64,000 nucleotides of DNA from NCBI GenBank assembly GCA_023515725.1, contig JALDTO010000251.1:310001-374000 (forward strand), given 5' to 3'. Below, piece after piece: positions 25,549 to 38,924 of the stretch. The translations under genes and the position numbers were made by a program. The notes beneath the pieces were generated by a model. The model was not told the DNA's origin, ran no database searches, and was given only the letters and a program-made list of their open reading frames with translations. The stretch is from Amoeboaphelidium protococcarum X5 (Eukaryota > Fungi > Aphelidiomycota). Positions within the stretch are counted from its first letter, which is position 1. Each line of letters starts with the position of its first letter.

Positions 25549-26898
25549 ATGGTTAATCTAGGCAAGACTCTGAAGCGAGCGGCTGGGTATGAAATGCAGT
25601 ATGATTCTGATATGAACTTGGATGGTGGCTCGTCATCTTCTGATGGTAGTGAAATCTATGATGGTGTTAGTGACCGGGATGAAAATGACACGCTGATAAA
25701 CCAGGTATCGTAAGGGAAACCAAGTTCATTGAGAGCAAGTCTTGCTTTAGACGATCTTGCATAGATGGAAGGCTACAAATCCGCCAAAGTGAATCGCGAA
25801 GATTTATATTCTGATGAAGATCTAGACTCCTAGGATGCCTACAGTCATAGCGATGTTAGTGAAGATGAATAGCTGTAATACAGTGGCGGCAATAGTGAAG
25901 ATGATTATTCAGAATCTAACTACGAAGATGATGATAATGACTTGGGTAAAGTGGTGCAGAATCTCCAGGCTGAGTAAAGCGCGTTCATCCAGCAAGTGTA
26001 AAAGAGTTAGAAGAATGATCATTTGAAGGGTCTTCATGTACGTAACCAGCTCAAAATACAGGATAGTCTTCTGGATATGAGAATCAGGATGCAAAAGTTA
26101 TTCACTGTCGCTAATCAGTTGCCAGATGCTTAAGTAGCGCCTTTGTATTATCAGACTAAAGGATAGGATGAGACTGGAGCTGCAACTCTGGTGGCCCGCA
26201 CTGCTGCGTAATCGGAGTTGAAAGTTCTGGTAAAGTAATTAATGGGATTGCAATTTTAGTCATTAAATAAGTCAGCTAATGTGCTTGGAGTAAAGGACAA
26301 AGTTAGTCTTGAAGGCGGTAAAGATTAGACTATTGAAGACGCGTATTAGACTTATGTTCAGTTTCAAGCAAAGTATTTACAATAGGCTATTGCTAGTACC
26401 ATACCAAAGTGGTAGAATAAACTTGCCAATCCATCGCAGAAGGGAATGAAAGTTTTGAACTAGCCTATGCACTAGCAAGTTGATAGTATTATGAAAAATG
26501 ACTATGAACGCTTAATCAAACGGGCCAGAGTTAACACTGTTGCACAATAGAATAAGATTGGATCTTAGCTGATGAGGGATGTACAAGTATTTGATGATTT
26601 TGACTTTTACTCTCAGCAACTCAAGGATTTAATAAGTTCAAAATCATCCATAAATGGAACTGCTGATACTGTTGCATTATCTGAGCATATGGTGAAATTG
26701 AAGCAGCTTAACAAGAAGAAAAAGAAGCGTGAGATCCAGGATAGAAAGTTGAATAAGGATCGTACCATCAAGTACGTGCCTATGGATTAGTTGGTCAACT
26801 TTATGGTATCTCGATCTGATCCTCTTATTTCATCCGACTTTAAATGGCACGAATCCATGGTTGATGAGCTGTGCAAGTCACTTTCTAATCAGAAATGA
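25549..26898 (+). CDS. BFR2: Bfr2/AATF ribosome biogenesis protein, 449 aa
   Basis: Acidic N-terminus; VRNQLKIQDSLLDMRIRMQK; FDDFDFYSQQLKDLI; RTIKYVPMDQLVNFM. Confidence 0.85.
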
Positions 26899-26956
26899 AT
26901 TTATTGGAATTATACATAATAAACCTTATTAAATCGTAATAAATCTAATTATAATA

Positions 26957-27910
26957 TCAATTCTATTTAAGCAATTCGTCAAACATTAAAAGCATCCTTT
27001 AAGCATAATTTCGAGGCTCAATGAAGCGCGGGAAATACCAATACGCGGCTGGTATGAAATACCGACCCATATCACGCAGTCTTGAATAGTCACCCAGAAT
27101 ATCAATGATGGCGAGGTAAAAGTATCCGTCATTGTACACATCCAGAAGAAAACTATAGTCATTTACATTGATACTGATGAGAAACTTCACATCTTCTTCC
27201 ACTATTAATCTCAAATTATTGACTCTCGCAGGATCTCTATTAATCACCGGCTTGTCATTAAGATATTTTTTATAATCGCGAATATCACGTCCATGAAGTA
27301 AATCTTTCGCCTTAATATCGTAAGAGTTGACTTTCTATCTCTACACTCGTACCATCTAATCATCATCAATTCCGCTCATAGGATCGACGTTAGACATTAG
27401 AACAAGGTAAATCTTCTTTCTCTGTCGCTGTCCATCTGCACCTTCACTTACGCGATATGCTCCCAAGAACTTGCATAAAATACTATTAGGATTCCGTGCT
27501 AGATGCTACTCATACTTTGGCAGTTATCTAAGCAGGTATTACATCTCATGATGAGTCAGCGATTTAATCAGAAACTGATCGTCGTGACTGAAGAAGAATG
27601 TCGATCCTGAATGAGCCAACTGCCCGGCAGAGTTTAGTGGTTGTGACATTGATTACAAGATCTATTCCAGATTGACGTTAAGCGTCTTTCGGATTTTGTC
27701 AAATACCAGAGGATTATACTTTTTGACATTTATTTACTTATAATCCAGATTAGATATTTTTATTCCATACTTTTCGCTGACTATTTCAACATGATCATTA
27801 TTATTGTCTGCAAAGTGGTTTTCGTGAGGCTCATGACTTCGTTACAATCCAGACAGAAGGGCGACTCTTAGCACCTCATTAGAGAGTCCGCTATTTACAA
27901 AACAGCTCAT
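26957..27910 (-). CDS. Compact phosphatidylinositol-phosphate kinase (PIP5K family), 317 aa
   Basis: SGSTFFFSHDDQFLIKS, LCKFLGAYR, YDIK, NDYSFLL, YLAIIDIL, IEPRNYAQR. Confidence 0.85.
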
Positions 27911-28138
27911 TCTTCTAATAAAGCTTCAAGTTTAGATTTTGGGCACACCTTTCAGTGCAAAGTGATGGAGTAACTAAAATGAGAGGGAAAAAGTCAAATG
28001 CGATCAACGTAGTCATCACACCAATGACGCGATCATACTCCTTTTGATTGTATCACTAAACTCTGCGATCAATAAGATGGAAGTACGATAAAACAAATTC
28101 AATGTGCATATTTAAGTACTTTGTATCTTTCAAATTTA

Positions 28139-29131
28139 TCACTCATTCCGCAAATTATCGTTAGATGATGATCCGGAACCAAACTTGGCATTGGCCTGGC
28201 TCAGATACTCACTCTCATAGATGGTCCATTCGAAAAAGAATATTCTCTTAATCAACAGAGGCAGACGCTTATAGATGAACGGTGGCATCAAGATCAATGG
28301 AGATGTACGCTGTCTGTAATCGTAATAATTTTTCTAAAGATCTGCATTGTCCGAGCCAAGATATCTCTTCTGTGAGCCTTTCTCAGCAAGCGGAATACCA
28401 CTGAGGAAGAGCAGGAGGAGCGTGATGAAGATTGGCGAGATTATTGCAATGTAGCTTGTGGAAAGATACGCTTAGCTCAGACACATGACGAAAATGCCCC
28501 ACCACAGGAAAATCTCTCCGAAATAGTTAGGCTGACGACTGAATCTCCACATGCCAGTCTAGATAATAGGAGGAGGCTGACCATCGTGTTCTTGCTTGTA
28601 CTTGGCGGTGTAATTGAAGCGATGGTAAAACTTGTGCTAATCAGCGACTGCTTCAATCACGAAACCAATGATAAAAATCACCAAGCCAGCAATATCAGTA
28701 GCACTGCCAAACTGCGGCTGCTCATCAAGACTGTTCATCAGCACCACACTCAGTCCGACAATATACACCCATAGCATTTGGAATACCCAGAATCCTAGAA
28801 AGGAGAAGAATTTCTCTCTCATCTCATCAAATCGCTTGTCATCACCAGCCTTGAGGACTCTTGTCAGTAGAAATAAACCTAATCTCACAGCCCAGACGAC
28901 AACACATAGCGATGCCACAATCTTTTTCGATCCGACAAAGGTGCCCAAATTTTAAGCATTCGATGCGGCAAATCCTAGCGATACAACAGCATTAATAAGA
29001 AAATTCGAGGCACCAGCAAAATCAGTCACTTTATCAATCTGGGCAAAGTATGCAATGAAAAAGTATGTCAGCTAATAGCACACAGTAATGATGGCCGTTA
29101 CATACAGCGGTCTATCGTCAAAGGAAGCCAT
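28139..29131 (-). CDS. DUF1295 / steroid 5-alpha-reductase-like membrane protein, 330 aa
   Basis: DKVTDFAG, WAVRLG, DKRFDEMR, GMWRFSRQPNYFGEI, SGIPLAE. Confidence 0.88.
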
Positions 29132-29727
29132 TTCAATCAAAATTCTTGATTGTATTGTTTAATTGATACAGAGTAGAAAAGGCGTTGAAGGGGCCGAGCG
29201 TTTGGCCAGCCGAAAATCCCATAGATGACGTAATTGCACACGGTTTCGTTGATTATAGATTTGCTGCAGTAACTTCAATAGCCATGTAGGATTGAATAAA
29301 TTCGAAAATGTGTGTTCTAATACTTAACGCTGTAGCGGACTAAGAACAGTCGTTATTTAGAGGAAATTTTTTGGAGTGTCTAATGAAATGACTATGCTCA
29401 TTTACTTCACCCACAGGGGATAGAATGATGGGTCTTATACAGAATATTTCAAGCAAAAGTATCACTTATTTATTTTATCGCAAGTCTAAAACATGACGTA
29501 CTGCGTTAATGGACATTAACGTTGAACTTAGATTATCTCATAGACTATAAAGGGCAACTCAATGTAGCCACTGCTGTCCAAGTAAAAAGACGCGTGATCA
29601 CAATCCACATGGTTAAAACAGTGTGATCGGAGTTGAAATCACACGTCGACAATTTTATCATGTCACGTTTTTATTCCATATACGACATCTCGTCAATATA
29701 AAGTACCTAATATATAATAAATATAAT

Positions 29728-30306
29728 ATGAATCCCGTATCATTTAGTATTAGTCTCGCTTTATTGGCATCAGCTATACTGGGCGATTCTTTCACCATGA
29801 TCTAATCTGAGGGTGTATCTAGCAAGGATTTCTTCTTCAAGTACTGCAGCAATCATGCATTTGGTAAAGAAGGAAACGTTGTTTTTGGATTACTTAATGA
29901 CAAGAATTCCATTGTATCAGATGGCTTTGGTATGCCTCTAATCCCCGTCGTTTAGTACCATTACAGAAATGGTGGCGATCTATAATCACAATCTAAATTC
30001 TAAAAAGTCAAGTAATATGTAAATGAAAAGATTGGCAGGAGCAATTGCAAGATAATGTCCATGGCACTTCCTGATATGGAGACTGGAAAATATCGCATCG
30101 TATCTGTTGAGAATCCAGATTTAGAGGATCCGTAGATTAAGCTGATTGCCAAGACGCGTCTGTTTAAAGTGCATCAACTGCCCACCAGTGAGTTTATTGG
30201 TGCCCAGCTCCAACACAACAGTTATCGCGATGTTCACGACACAATCGCGGAAAAGTATAATACAAAGAAGAAGGGTCCCTAACGTGGCGCGTACATGAGA
30301 TTTTGA
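29728..30306 (+). CDS. Hypothetical secreted protein, 192 aa
   Basis: Signal-peptide-like MNPVSFSISLALLASAILG; TGA-free frame to 30306. Confidence 0.7.
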
Positions 30307-31078
30307 TCAGCGCGTGCTTTTCCATATTGGAATGAAAGATGAATAAGTAATAGAATTGAGAATGGGTCGAAACTATTTTTCTATGTATTACCATCAAACT
30401 TTTTTAGAACTATAGACTTGCCTTTTGACTAGCAAATTACCTAAGTTTTCCTGGATAAATGTAGTATAATCAGTGCTAGACGCCGCAACCGTCCGACTGT
30501 ACCGTAACTTTTGTTCACCGTTAATCAGATCAGTTTTAACGTCTTGAATTTTGAGGCTAGTCCTATGTTACAACTTGATTGGTCCAAATTTAACAATTTA
30601 ATTTCGATGCTAGGAAGTAATGAACACGATGAACTGTCAGACGTACCTCAACACGGACTATGATGTTCCAACAAAGAGATGAAAATTTGAAGTGTTTTAC
30701 ATTGCCCGATCAGCATAGCAACGCTGCACAGATTGATGTGGCATACAAAACTCCAATGAAACAGCTGCAAACATAATTTATCTTAACTGTCCATTGTTCT
30801 TTCAACTTATTCTCCAAGAATTCTGATATCAATAAAGAAACACTGTGGAAGTAATTATACATATGATGTCAACACCGGGAAAAGGTTACAATTCAGGTGG
30901 ACCGAATACTGATCTCCAATCAAAGAGAATGACGATGCCTCCCACGGTTGATACAGCAATCATGGATACAACTAATCAGGATTAATAAAAAGATAGTGAC
31001 CGCTCAAGAGCATAATCCGCATAATCAGATGCAAATTGGCTTAATTTTCTCTTGTCAAATAGGGAAGGATAAGGAAGA

Positions 31079-33874
31079 ATGGTGGTAGGATCGCAGAATC
31101 AGTTGGATTAGCAGGTGCAACAAGCCTCAGTTAAACACTAAAGACAGAACACTGCGCCACCGACAGAAATTACATAGAATATGCGGCGCCAAGTTGTATC
31201 AATGCAAGAGCGGCCTATAGGAAAATTGATGAAGACTTTCGATATGGAGTTGAGGAAATTAGACTAGGCACTGGATCCGTCAGTAGATTTATAAACTCAT
31301 CGGACAGAAGATGGAACTTTGACTGATAGCAATGAGCATTTAGCTTCCATAGCAAAAGATTTGAAAATGCCTTAAAATGCTCCCGGATGGAATGTTAAGG
31401 TGTACGATTCTGATAACAATGACTCCACGGACGTTACCCAGCATGAGTATAAAACATTCTTCATCCACCCAGACTCTACAATCTATGAGGTTCTGGCGCA
31501 GATTCTGAAAAAATGGCGAATCATTGATCCGATGCAGTTGGACATTGTGTCAAAAGGAACACGGTTGATAATGTCGCAGGCTGGTAAAAAATACATTAAA
31601 TCATAGGGATGGCAATTTCTGCTGGTTGAGAATGATGAAGTGGAGTTTGCTTACCAGCGGAAGCCATTTCAGCACGACATGAAGTTTAGCGAAATTATGC
31701 GTGCTGCGCCTCCTTTCTGGAAACCGATCTTTACCTTCAAGAAAATGTTGTCATCATCATCAGCAGCAAACAATCAGTAGGCAGAAGGCGGTGCTGGAGC
31801 TGGAGCCAGTGAAGAGCTATCGTATTTTACACCGTGCTATGCGTTTAAATTAGACTCGAATTATCCTGACACATTCCTCAATGATTCTCCATCGGTGGAG
31901 GTGGATTTCAGCTACTGGCAGAAGAAGTATGTCACGATGTCCGTTGAGAGGAAGACTGAGAATGTGAGCAAGCAATACGTACTGAAATGCTTTAAGAATG
32001 AAACTCAGGCTAGGTGGGCTAATAACAAGGCGTCGAATACTATTCTGGTGTTGAAAATTGTCAGCATTGAGCCATTCAATAAATTGTCAATCAGCCAGAA
32101 CGGCTCTCCGCGTCTGGGCTTCTGTGTGAAAATCGCGACAAGAACGAAAAATATTTATTTCAGCCTGAATTCTGAAACGGAGCGTCAGCGGATGATCAAC
32201 GAGATCCAGTTGATTAAGCGGTCACACGCGGAGGATTAGATTACAAGTCGTCAAATTCATTTGCTGAAGTAGGATGCGCGGTAGAGCTCTGTTGCTAGTA
32301 ACGTGTCTTATGATTAGGCGTTTGCTGACCTGAGTCCTTTGCAGAAGTTGATGGTTCGCTTGGAGGAGACGCAGCGCGTTAATGACATTGATCTTCCACC
32401 ATTTGACATGAACAGTGTCAGTGAGGAGCAGTTGTCGTCTGAATTATCTTCTTGGGCAACGGCTACTAATCAGAAGATGCTTAATAATTTTCGCGATTTG
32501 ATTTAAGCTAGGATTAAGCGAGCAGTGGGTTTGAATAATCTGACTGATGTGGCTCTAAGTTTGGGTCCAGTTTACGACTCTGTCCGCGTCTTGGATCGTG
32601 GTCATGAGAACTTTCAATCCAACTCAAATGATGGCGAGTCTGGCAATAACGTGGTTTCTGCGTTTAAGAAGTTGTTTAAACTTAATGAGGCTGGCAAAGA
32701 GAAGGAGAAGATCTCCCCTAATATGTCCATTTCAAGTAACATGTAAGGTATTGGCAGTGGTAACATAGGGTCAACTCCTATTTCTGGCTCGCTATTTGGC
32801 ACCAATCTGGAAGATTTATCTGAGCGTTATGACACGTCTTGTTTGGGCATTCCCGCCGTTCCTCACGTTATCATTCGCAGTATTGATTACATCTTGGAGA
32901 AGGGGCTTCATGTTAATGGTATCTTCAGAATTGCTGGCAGTGTGAAAAGAATGGATGCTTTGAAGAAGGCCTTCGAGAGAGTTGATCTGGTGTATAGTCA
33001 GAAAGCTGCTAATCCTCATTTTCAAGTTTCGTAGAATGCAACAGCGAATGTGTCTTAGAAATCCACCATCAATGATCTTGAAGTTGATTTCAGTCAGTAC
33101 AATGTTCACGATGTTGCTGGTGTGCTGAAATGGTTCCTCAGAGACTTGCCTGAGCCTCTTCTTCATAGTAAGATGTACCGCGCCTTTCTGCAGCTGGATA
33201 AAATTAAAGATTTCAAGATTAAAGTTGAGCTTCTCGGCTACTTTGTCATGATATTGCCACCTACTCACAGGCATTTGTTGGAGAAACTGCTGTCCTTTCT
33301 GCATGAAGTTTCTCTGCATAGCGAAGATTAGACAGTGGAACATGAGGGATAATCAGAACCGGAAGTCATTAAAGGTAACTTGATGACTTCAATGAATCTC
33401 GCAGTGTGTCTCGGACCAAATATTCTTAGAGATGTCACGGTGAGTTCTGGTGGTAGTAAAGGATCTGAAATGGGGTAACCTGGTCAAGGAGGTGGATATT
33501 CACCTCAACTGCCTGCATCCAAGATTTAGTCGGGTAAGAGTGGTGTTCTACCTCCAGGTACAGAGGCAGGAGATTCGATGAGTGATGATCAGCGCGAGAT
33601 TAACGATTCATCCGCTGTTGTAAATATTGTGAAATTACTCATTGATAACTACGAGGAGATATTCAAGATTCCTCAGGATCTCATTGTTGAATTGAAGACT
33701 TTTGTCCAGGCGCCTAATGTATATCGTCAATGGTCGTCGACATAGTCGCAGGCTCCAACTGAAGTTATTGCTGGCAGTAGCTTGGCCTATGATAGTATGA
33801 AAACTAGCGTGCCTGGCACTGGCGCTCCCCTGGCTTTAAAGAATCCTATCAGACAGGTTGGTCAGCCAAGTTGA
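31079..33874 (+). CDS. RhoGAP with PH domain, ~931 aa (start uncertain)
   Basis: PH-like WQKKYV...IYFSLNSETERQRMI; RhoGAP GIFRIAGS, HDVAGVLKWFLRDLPEPL, NLMTSMNLAVCLGPNIL. Confidence 0.88.
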
Positions 33875-34015
33875 ATTGATTTGTTTTAAAAAGAAATTAT
33901 CTAATTTAGAGCGCTGCTTATATTATACTGTACTACTATACTTTTTCCAGCTAAACGCGCGTCGATTTTGTTATTCATTTGATTTTCATCGGCACTTTTT
34001 ATCATCATAGCTATC

Positions 34016-35167
34016 ATGCTTCGGATGAATCTAAGATTGATATTGCATAGCAGGCCTAGTTCTGCGCTAGTAGCCGCCGCGACAGTGAGGAAGGAAGTTA
34101 GAGTATTTGCAAGACCACAAGATGTAATGCCTAGTCGGTAGAAGAGACCAGAAGACGCGTTAATCAGATGGAATCCTGATCAGCCACACAGACTGAATAC
34201 GATATTTGAAGATCCTGCTTAGATTGTCCCCAATGAAGGAACACCTCCTATGACCGGAAAATCTTGGGATCTGTAGACTTTGCGCAAGAAATCTTGGGAA
34301 GATCTGCAGGAGATATATTTCACGCTGCTGCTAGAGCGTAATCGTTTGCTGACGCGACAAGTCGAGGGCAAGAAATATGAAGTTGAGCCTTGGTCTGCAA
34401 CCTGGTCACCGTATGGTGGCATAAATTCTGTCGAGAATAAAGCAATGCTCCAATACACTGATAATCACTAGAGATTCCTATATAAAGCCCATGGAACTGG
34501 ACGCGATGAAGGTGCAGTTTATGGAGTTGGTCGTAAAGGCGTGATTGGAGGCGACTTTGGCATTAGATTCCGCAAAGTGAAAACTTCAATGAGAAATGTG
34601 AAGATTGCCATTTTCGAAAGATAGGATGCATATCTTAAGGCACTGAAATTACATTTTGCAAAGTACTATCAAGGATTGCAAGTTAATGTCAACCCCAAAT
34701 TGCTGGAGCAGAAAACACCAGAGGATGATTATGATGAAGAGGTGAATTTTGCTGCATTTGGAGCCAAGGGTGAGCATTTGTCTCTAAAAGACTTTGACGC
34801 TGAGAGCCAGAAGAATATCAAGAAATTTGATCAGGCTGAGCGCGACAAGAAATTATTGTTCTAGATTGTAAAGAGAGGGAGATTTTTGCCACAGCGAGGT
34901 AAGGAGATTGCAGTGTAAATTAAAACTGCTGAAATTAGAGATGCCGCTTTTGAGATTGTCACTAAGAAGTATTTCAGAAGATAGCCAAAGGTTCTAGTAA
35001 AGAAGGATTTCGCGCACTATGACCCAGATGCCGGTAGACTTGTGGACTCTAGTAAGCAGTCACAGGGAGATGACTCTAATGTCATTGATATGCGTCCTCT
35101 GCACGATCGTAGACATAGGAGCAGGCGTAGAGTGGGTAAATTTAGATTGAAAAGAGGAGTAGTTTGA
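34016..35167 (+). CDS. MRPL4: Mitochondrial ribosomal protein uL29m (MRP-L47/Mrpl4), 383 aa
   Basis: Presequence-like N-terminus; TGKSWDLQTLRKKSWEDLQEIYFTLLLERNRLLT; RKVKTSMRNVKIAIFER. Confidence 0.85.
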
Positions 35168-35209
35168 ATAAAGACGCTAGTTACTAGGTATATATATTTT
35201 TTATTATTT

Positions 35210-36037
35210 TCAGTTCTTTGGTGGTTTAAAGTTGTTCTTGGCCTCTCTCAGTTTGCCCATAACCGTGATCAAATCGTCTGATGTGCCACCAACAGCCTTT
35301 TGGATCGCCTCATGATCAACGCGCATGAATGGATTAGTCAACTTCTCCTCTCCAATGGTACTAGGCACACTAAAATAATCGCCAGTCTTTCCGCGCAATA
35401 GCTCCAACTTTCTCTTCATATCCTCATTGGATGGTTCAATGTGGATGGCAAACTTCAAATTACTCACGGTATACTCATGACCGACATAAACCTTGGTAGT
35501 GTCAGGTAGCGCGTGCAACTTCTTCATCAATGACTCATACATCTCCGCGGGAGTTCCCTCGTTAATATAGCCACTGCCTGCCACAAATAGACAATCTCCG
35601 GTGAACACGGCACCTTCGCCATCATCAAAGTAGTAGCAGATATGACCGGATGTGTGTGGAGGAGTATGCAGAGCTTTGAACTTTAATGGACAGTTGGACA
35701 GTTGCACTAATTCGCCATCTTTCAATGGGCAATTCAGCGCCGGTATTCTACCACCTTCTTTATGGAAACCGTAAACCTTGAGCGCATCGCCTAGCAGAGA
35801 CTTGAATGGTTCATTGCCACTGGAATGATCATCGTGGTGATGCGTAGTCAATATCACGGTATTCTGATCTCTGAGTGTTTGATGCACAGCGCTGATATCA
35901 GAAATGTTCAACTTTTGAGCGATAGACTAGCACACAGCATCAGGATCAATAGGATCGACGAGAGCAACTGGCTTATTCGAGTGATATACAACGTACGCGT
36001 AATTATCCACCCAACATCTAACTGGCTATACCTCCAT
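35210..36037 (-). CDS. GLO2: Hydroxyacylglutathione hydrolase (glyoxalase II), 275 aa
   Basis: DNYAY, THHHDDHSSGN, HTSGH, FTGDCLF, GHEYT, STIGEEKLTNPFMR. Confidence 0.95.
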
Positions 36038-36201
36038 CTTTACAGAATACTTCTTCTTAGGAACTAAATGAGCAATATTCTAACTGAAATAAGCAGAAAA
36101 AGGCGACAAAGCTCGCGAAATCTTTAGCGATCGAAGAAGCATTTCCGACATTCATTAATCTAAAGAAGAGAGAAGTAAATCAGCATACAGCCATCTAAAT
36201 A

Positions 36202-36840
36202 ATGACTTCGCTGCATAGTCAAACTAGATTATTTGTCAGAAATATAAGTGGAAATGTAACAAGACGGCATTTGGAAGAGATTTTTGGATATTATGGCTCA
36301 CTGAAAGATATCTATCATCCTGCATATTATCCGAAACACCAAACATCACCCATTAATAATGGCCTATTCAAACCATTTGCATTCGTAGAATATAAACTCG
36401 CTCAAGATGCAGCGAAGGCTATTGAAAGTATGAATGGCGCCTAGTTGGACGGAGTTAAACTTGATGTAACTTTTGCATTTGCTAAAGAGCGCGATCAGTA
36501 ACAGTAAGATGGAGGATATTCTAATAGTAGTCAGATTCAATAGGCTGACATTAGTCAACGGCGGCGAGGGAGAACAAGATCGCCTAAACTTGTCACAGCC
36601 TCCAGTATCATTGTGGATGACTCTATAATACAAGAGCGGCGCTGGTTAAATTCGCCCTTAATATAAATGGATGGTAATACTCCGTCAATTCATGACAGAT
36701 TGCGGTACAGTTCGCATCAGAAGAGACGGCGATCTACTCAGAGTATTTGGAAAGTTGACGAAGACGATGTCTATATCGATCATGACAAGAAGTCTAAACG
36801 ACACAGACAAGCATACACTGATAGTAAAAGGAGATCATGA
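36202..36840 (+). CDS. RRM + Arg/Ser-rich splicing factor (RNPS1-like), 212 aa
   Basis: NVTRRHLEEIFGYYG...AIESMNGAQLDG followed by an R/S-rich tail. Confidence 0.8.
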
Positions 36841-36905
36841 TGGTGATGATGATGAAAAGTATTTGCATACATTAATACTATATAATTATGGTTACAAAAA
36901 TCAAG

Positions 36906-37598
36906 TCATTATTGCAGAAGACTTCTTAGATGTTTGACCTCCTCTTGACGCGATTCAATTTAATAATCTATGGACGCCAATTTCTATTAAAGACTTTAGA
37001 TGAGTTCTTACTACTCTTAAATTTAAGCTGAGAGATTGAGCTTATCCATGATCTCTGCGAATGGACGTAACTTGGTTGGCATGACGCGTACCTTATGCAA
37101 AGTTTTTATAGATCTCTAAGACGGTCCAGGTATTCCGCTAGAAGGTAGATTATAATCATTATTGTTGTTGAATAAGGTGCCCTTTCTAATTTACTCATTC
37201 TCCCACTCTTACACTTCACTGTCTCGATCAGACTCATCTACCCTGCTTTATTAATCATTTAATGCATCATTATCTTCTAAATCCATCTCGTCAAGTTCAT
37301 CCAAATTCAGTATCCTATCGCTCGATTCAGATGTATCTGCTTATCTTTATCGCTCAGAATTATCATCATTATTAATTAACACATCATTCCGACTAGCATT
37401 ATGACTGTTAAATGTCAACCCGAGCCTCTTTTCAACAGACAAGGATTTCAGTTTGATCCTTGTGATGACTTGTTACTCCGTCTATTAGGACTAGGTGGAA
37501 TCAATATCATCTGCACCAATGGGAGCTTCTGGTTACAGCAAATCGCCGCCAGCAGTCTTCTTCCTGATATTACCTTTAGACTTTCTAGCTTTGAACAT
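36906..37598 (-). CDS. Ntr2/GCFC2-PAXBP1-related small protein, 230 aa
   Basis: MFKARKSKGNIRKK start; acidic middle; EWENEQIRKG motif; C-terminal coiled coil. Confidence 0.6.
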
Positions 37599-37656
37599 TA
37601 ATTGTCAGAGAGAAGTGCTCTATTGTCATTAGAATAAACGCGGCGCCTTTAAAAGA

Positions 37657-38499
37657 ATGGAAACTGAGATTAGTTTCGCTTCAATTAAATGCTTTGTTCA
37701 GTTTCTGTGGATCAAGCGCAGTAAGAGTAACTAACTTTAAGTAAGAGGCATTAATTACAAGGCAAAGAGAAAAAGGAACGAGTAGTAGCTGTGCCTTTCA
37801 TTCAACGCTGTGTCTACTAAAGGCGCAAAGCTGACTAAGAAATTACCCAGTCTAACAGAATGTAAAGAATGTGGAATGTTATACAGTGAGGTGGGCAGTG
37901 TGGACAAGTCTAATCACTTGAAGTATCACCAAATGTTTTTTGATGGTGTTCCGTTATGGAAGATGGATTTAAATCAAGATAATAATGATAATTTTCGCAT
38001 AGTGGAGCTGTCAAATAGCAAAAGGGACAGTATGATTATCATTTTACATGATGTGCTCAAGTATAAGGCTAAGCTGAAACATTTGCTTGATTTGATTCAG
38101 CGGGATTTGGGCGCCGTTGAGCTTTCTGATGAAGAACTTCGCCGTGCCAAGGTGTATTTATATGTTTAAGAGTGTACGAATGATGACAAAGCTAAGAGTA
38201 GTCGCCGAATCATAGGATGTTGTGTAGTGGAGCCAATACTGGAAGCTTACAAGTATAATGATGATAAGACACAAACGCGTACCGTAACTAAAGCAGTGTG
38301 TGGAATATCGCGGATATGGACTTCTGCTGGACATAGGCGTAAAGGTATAGCTTCATAGTTATTAAATGTTGTCAAGATAACGTTCGCTTTCGCACAAGTT
38401 CTAACGATGAAAGATGTGGCATTTAGTCAGCCTACCGCACTTGGGAAGAAGCTAGCAGAATCTTTTGATCAAGACTTTTTAGTTTACCAACTAGACTGA
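37657..38499 (+). CDS. ECO1: Cohesion establishment acetyltransferase Eco1/ESCO, ~280 aa
   Basis: Zn finger CKECGMLY..HLKYH; CGISRIWT..HRRKGIA; VAFSQPT. Confidence 0.92.
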
Positions 38500-38597
38500 A
38501 TATGACATATGATGGCATGTAGAATTAAGCACTAATGATGATAATAAAATTCCTATAATAGTCATTCGCGCTTTTCTGCAATCAGCGAGCGAGTAGT

Positions 38598-38924
38598 TCA
38601 CTTTTTATTCTTGGTGGCATTCTTAATCACCTCTTCAGTGTGATCGTCCAACTCCTTCTAGGCCTTCTTCAACTTGTCTCTCAACTGCTGCAGCTTTTCC
38701 AAGTCTCTCTGATGACTGTACGCTTCTTCCTATGCGCGCCCTCTTTTGCCAAAACTACAATGATGATTCTAATTCATTTATGAGAGCATTTAAGAACCAA
38801 GTAAATTAGTTGCTATATCTTACGATGTGTTGGATGAAGAAATTGCTCCATCATCAGTATAAGCACGACGTGCCATAGGCATTCTTAATGCACGGGAAAC
38901 TATAGTGCGAACTTGGTTGTTCAT
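38598..38924 (-). CDS. INH1: Mitochondrial ATPase inhibitor IF1 (probable intron 38755-38823)
   Basis: Presequence; SFGKRGRAQEEAYSHQRDLEKLQQLRDKL; GTAAGA...TAG intron. Confidence 0.8.

Noticed and set aside
30415-30560. U5 snRNA-like loop (GCCTTTTGACTA) and Sm-like site
   Set aside because: The loop has an extra base, there is no convincing stem, and spacing to the Sm site is too long.
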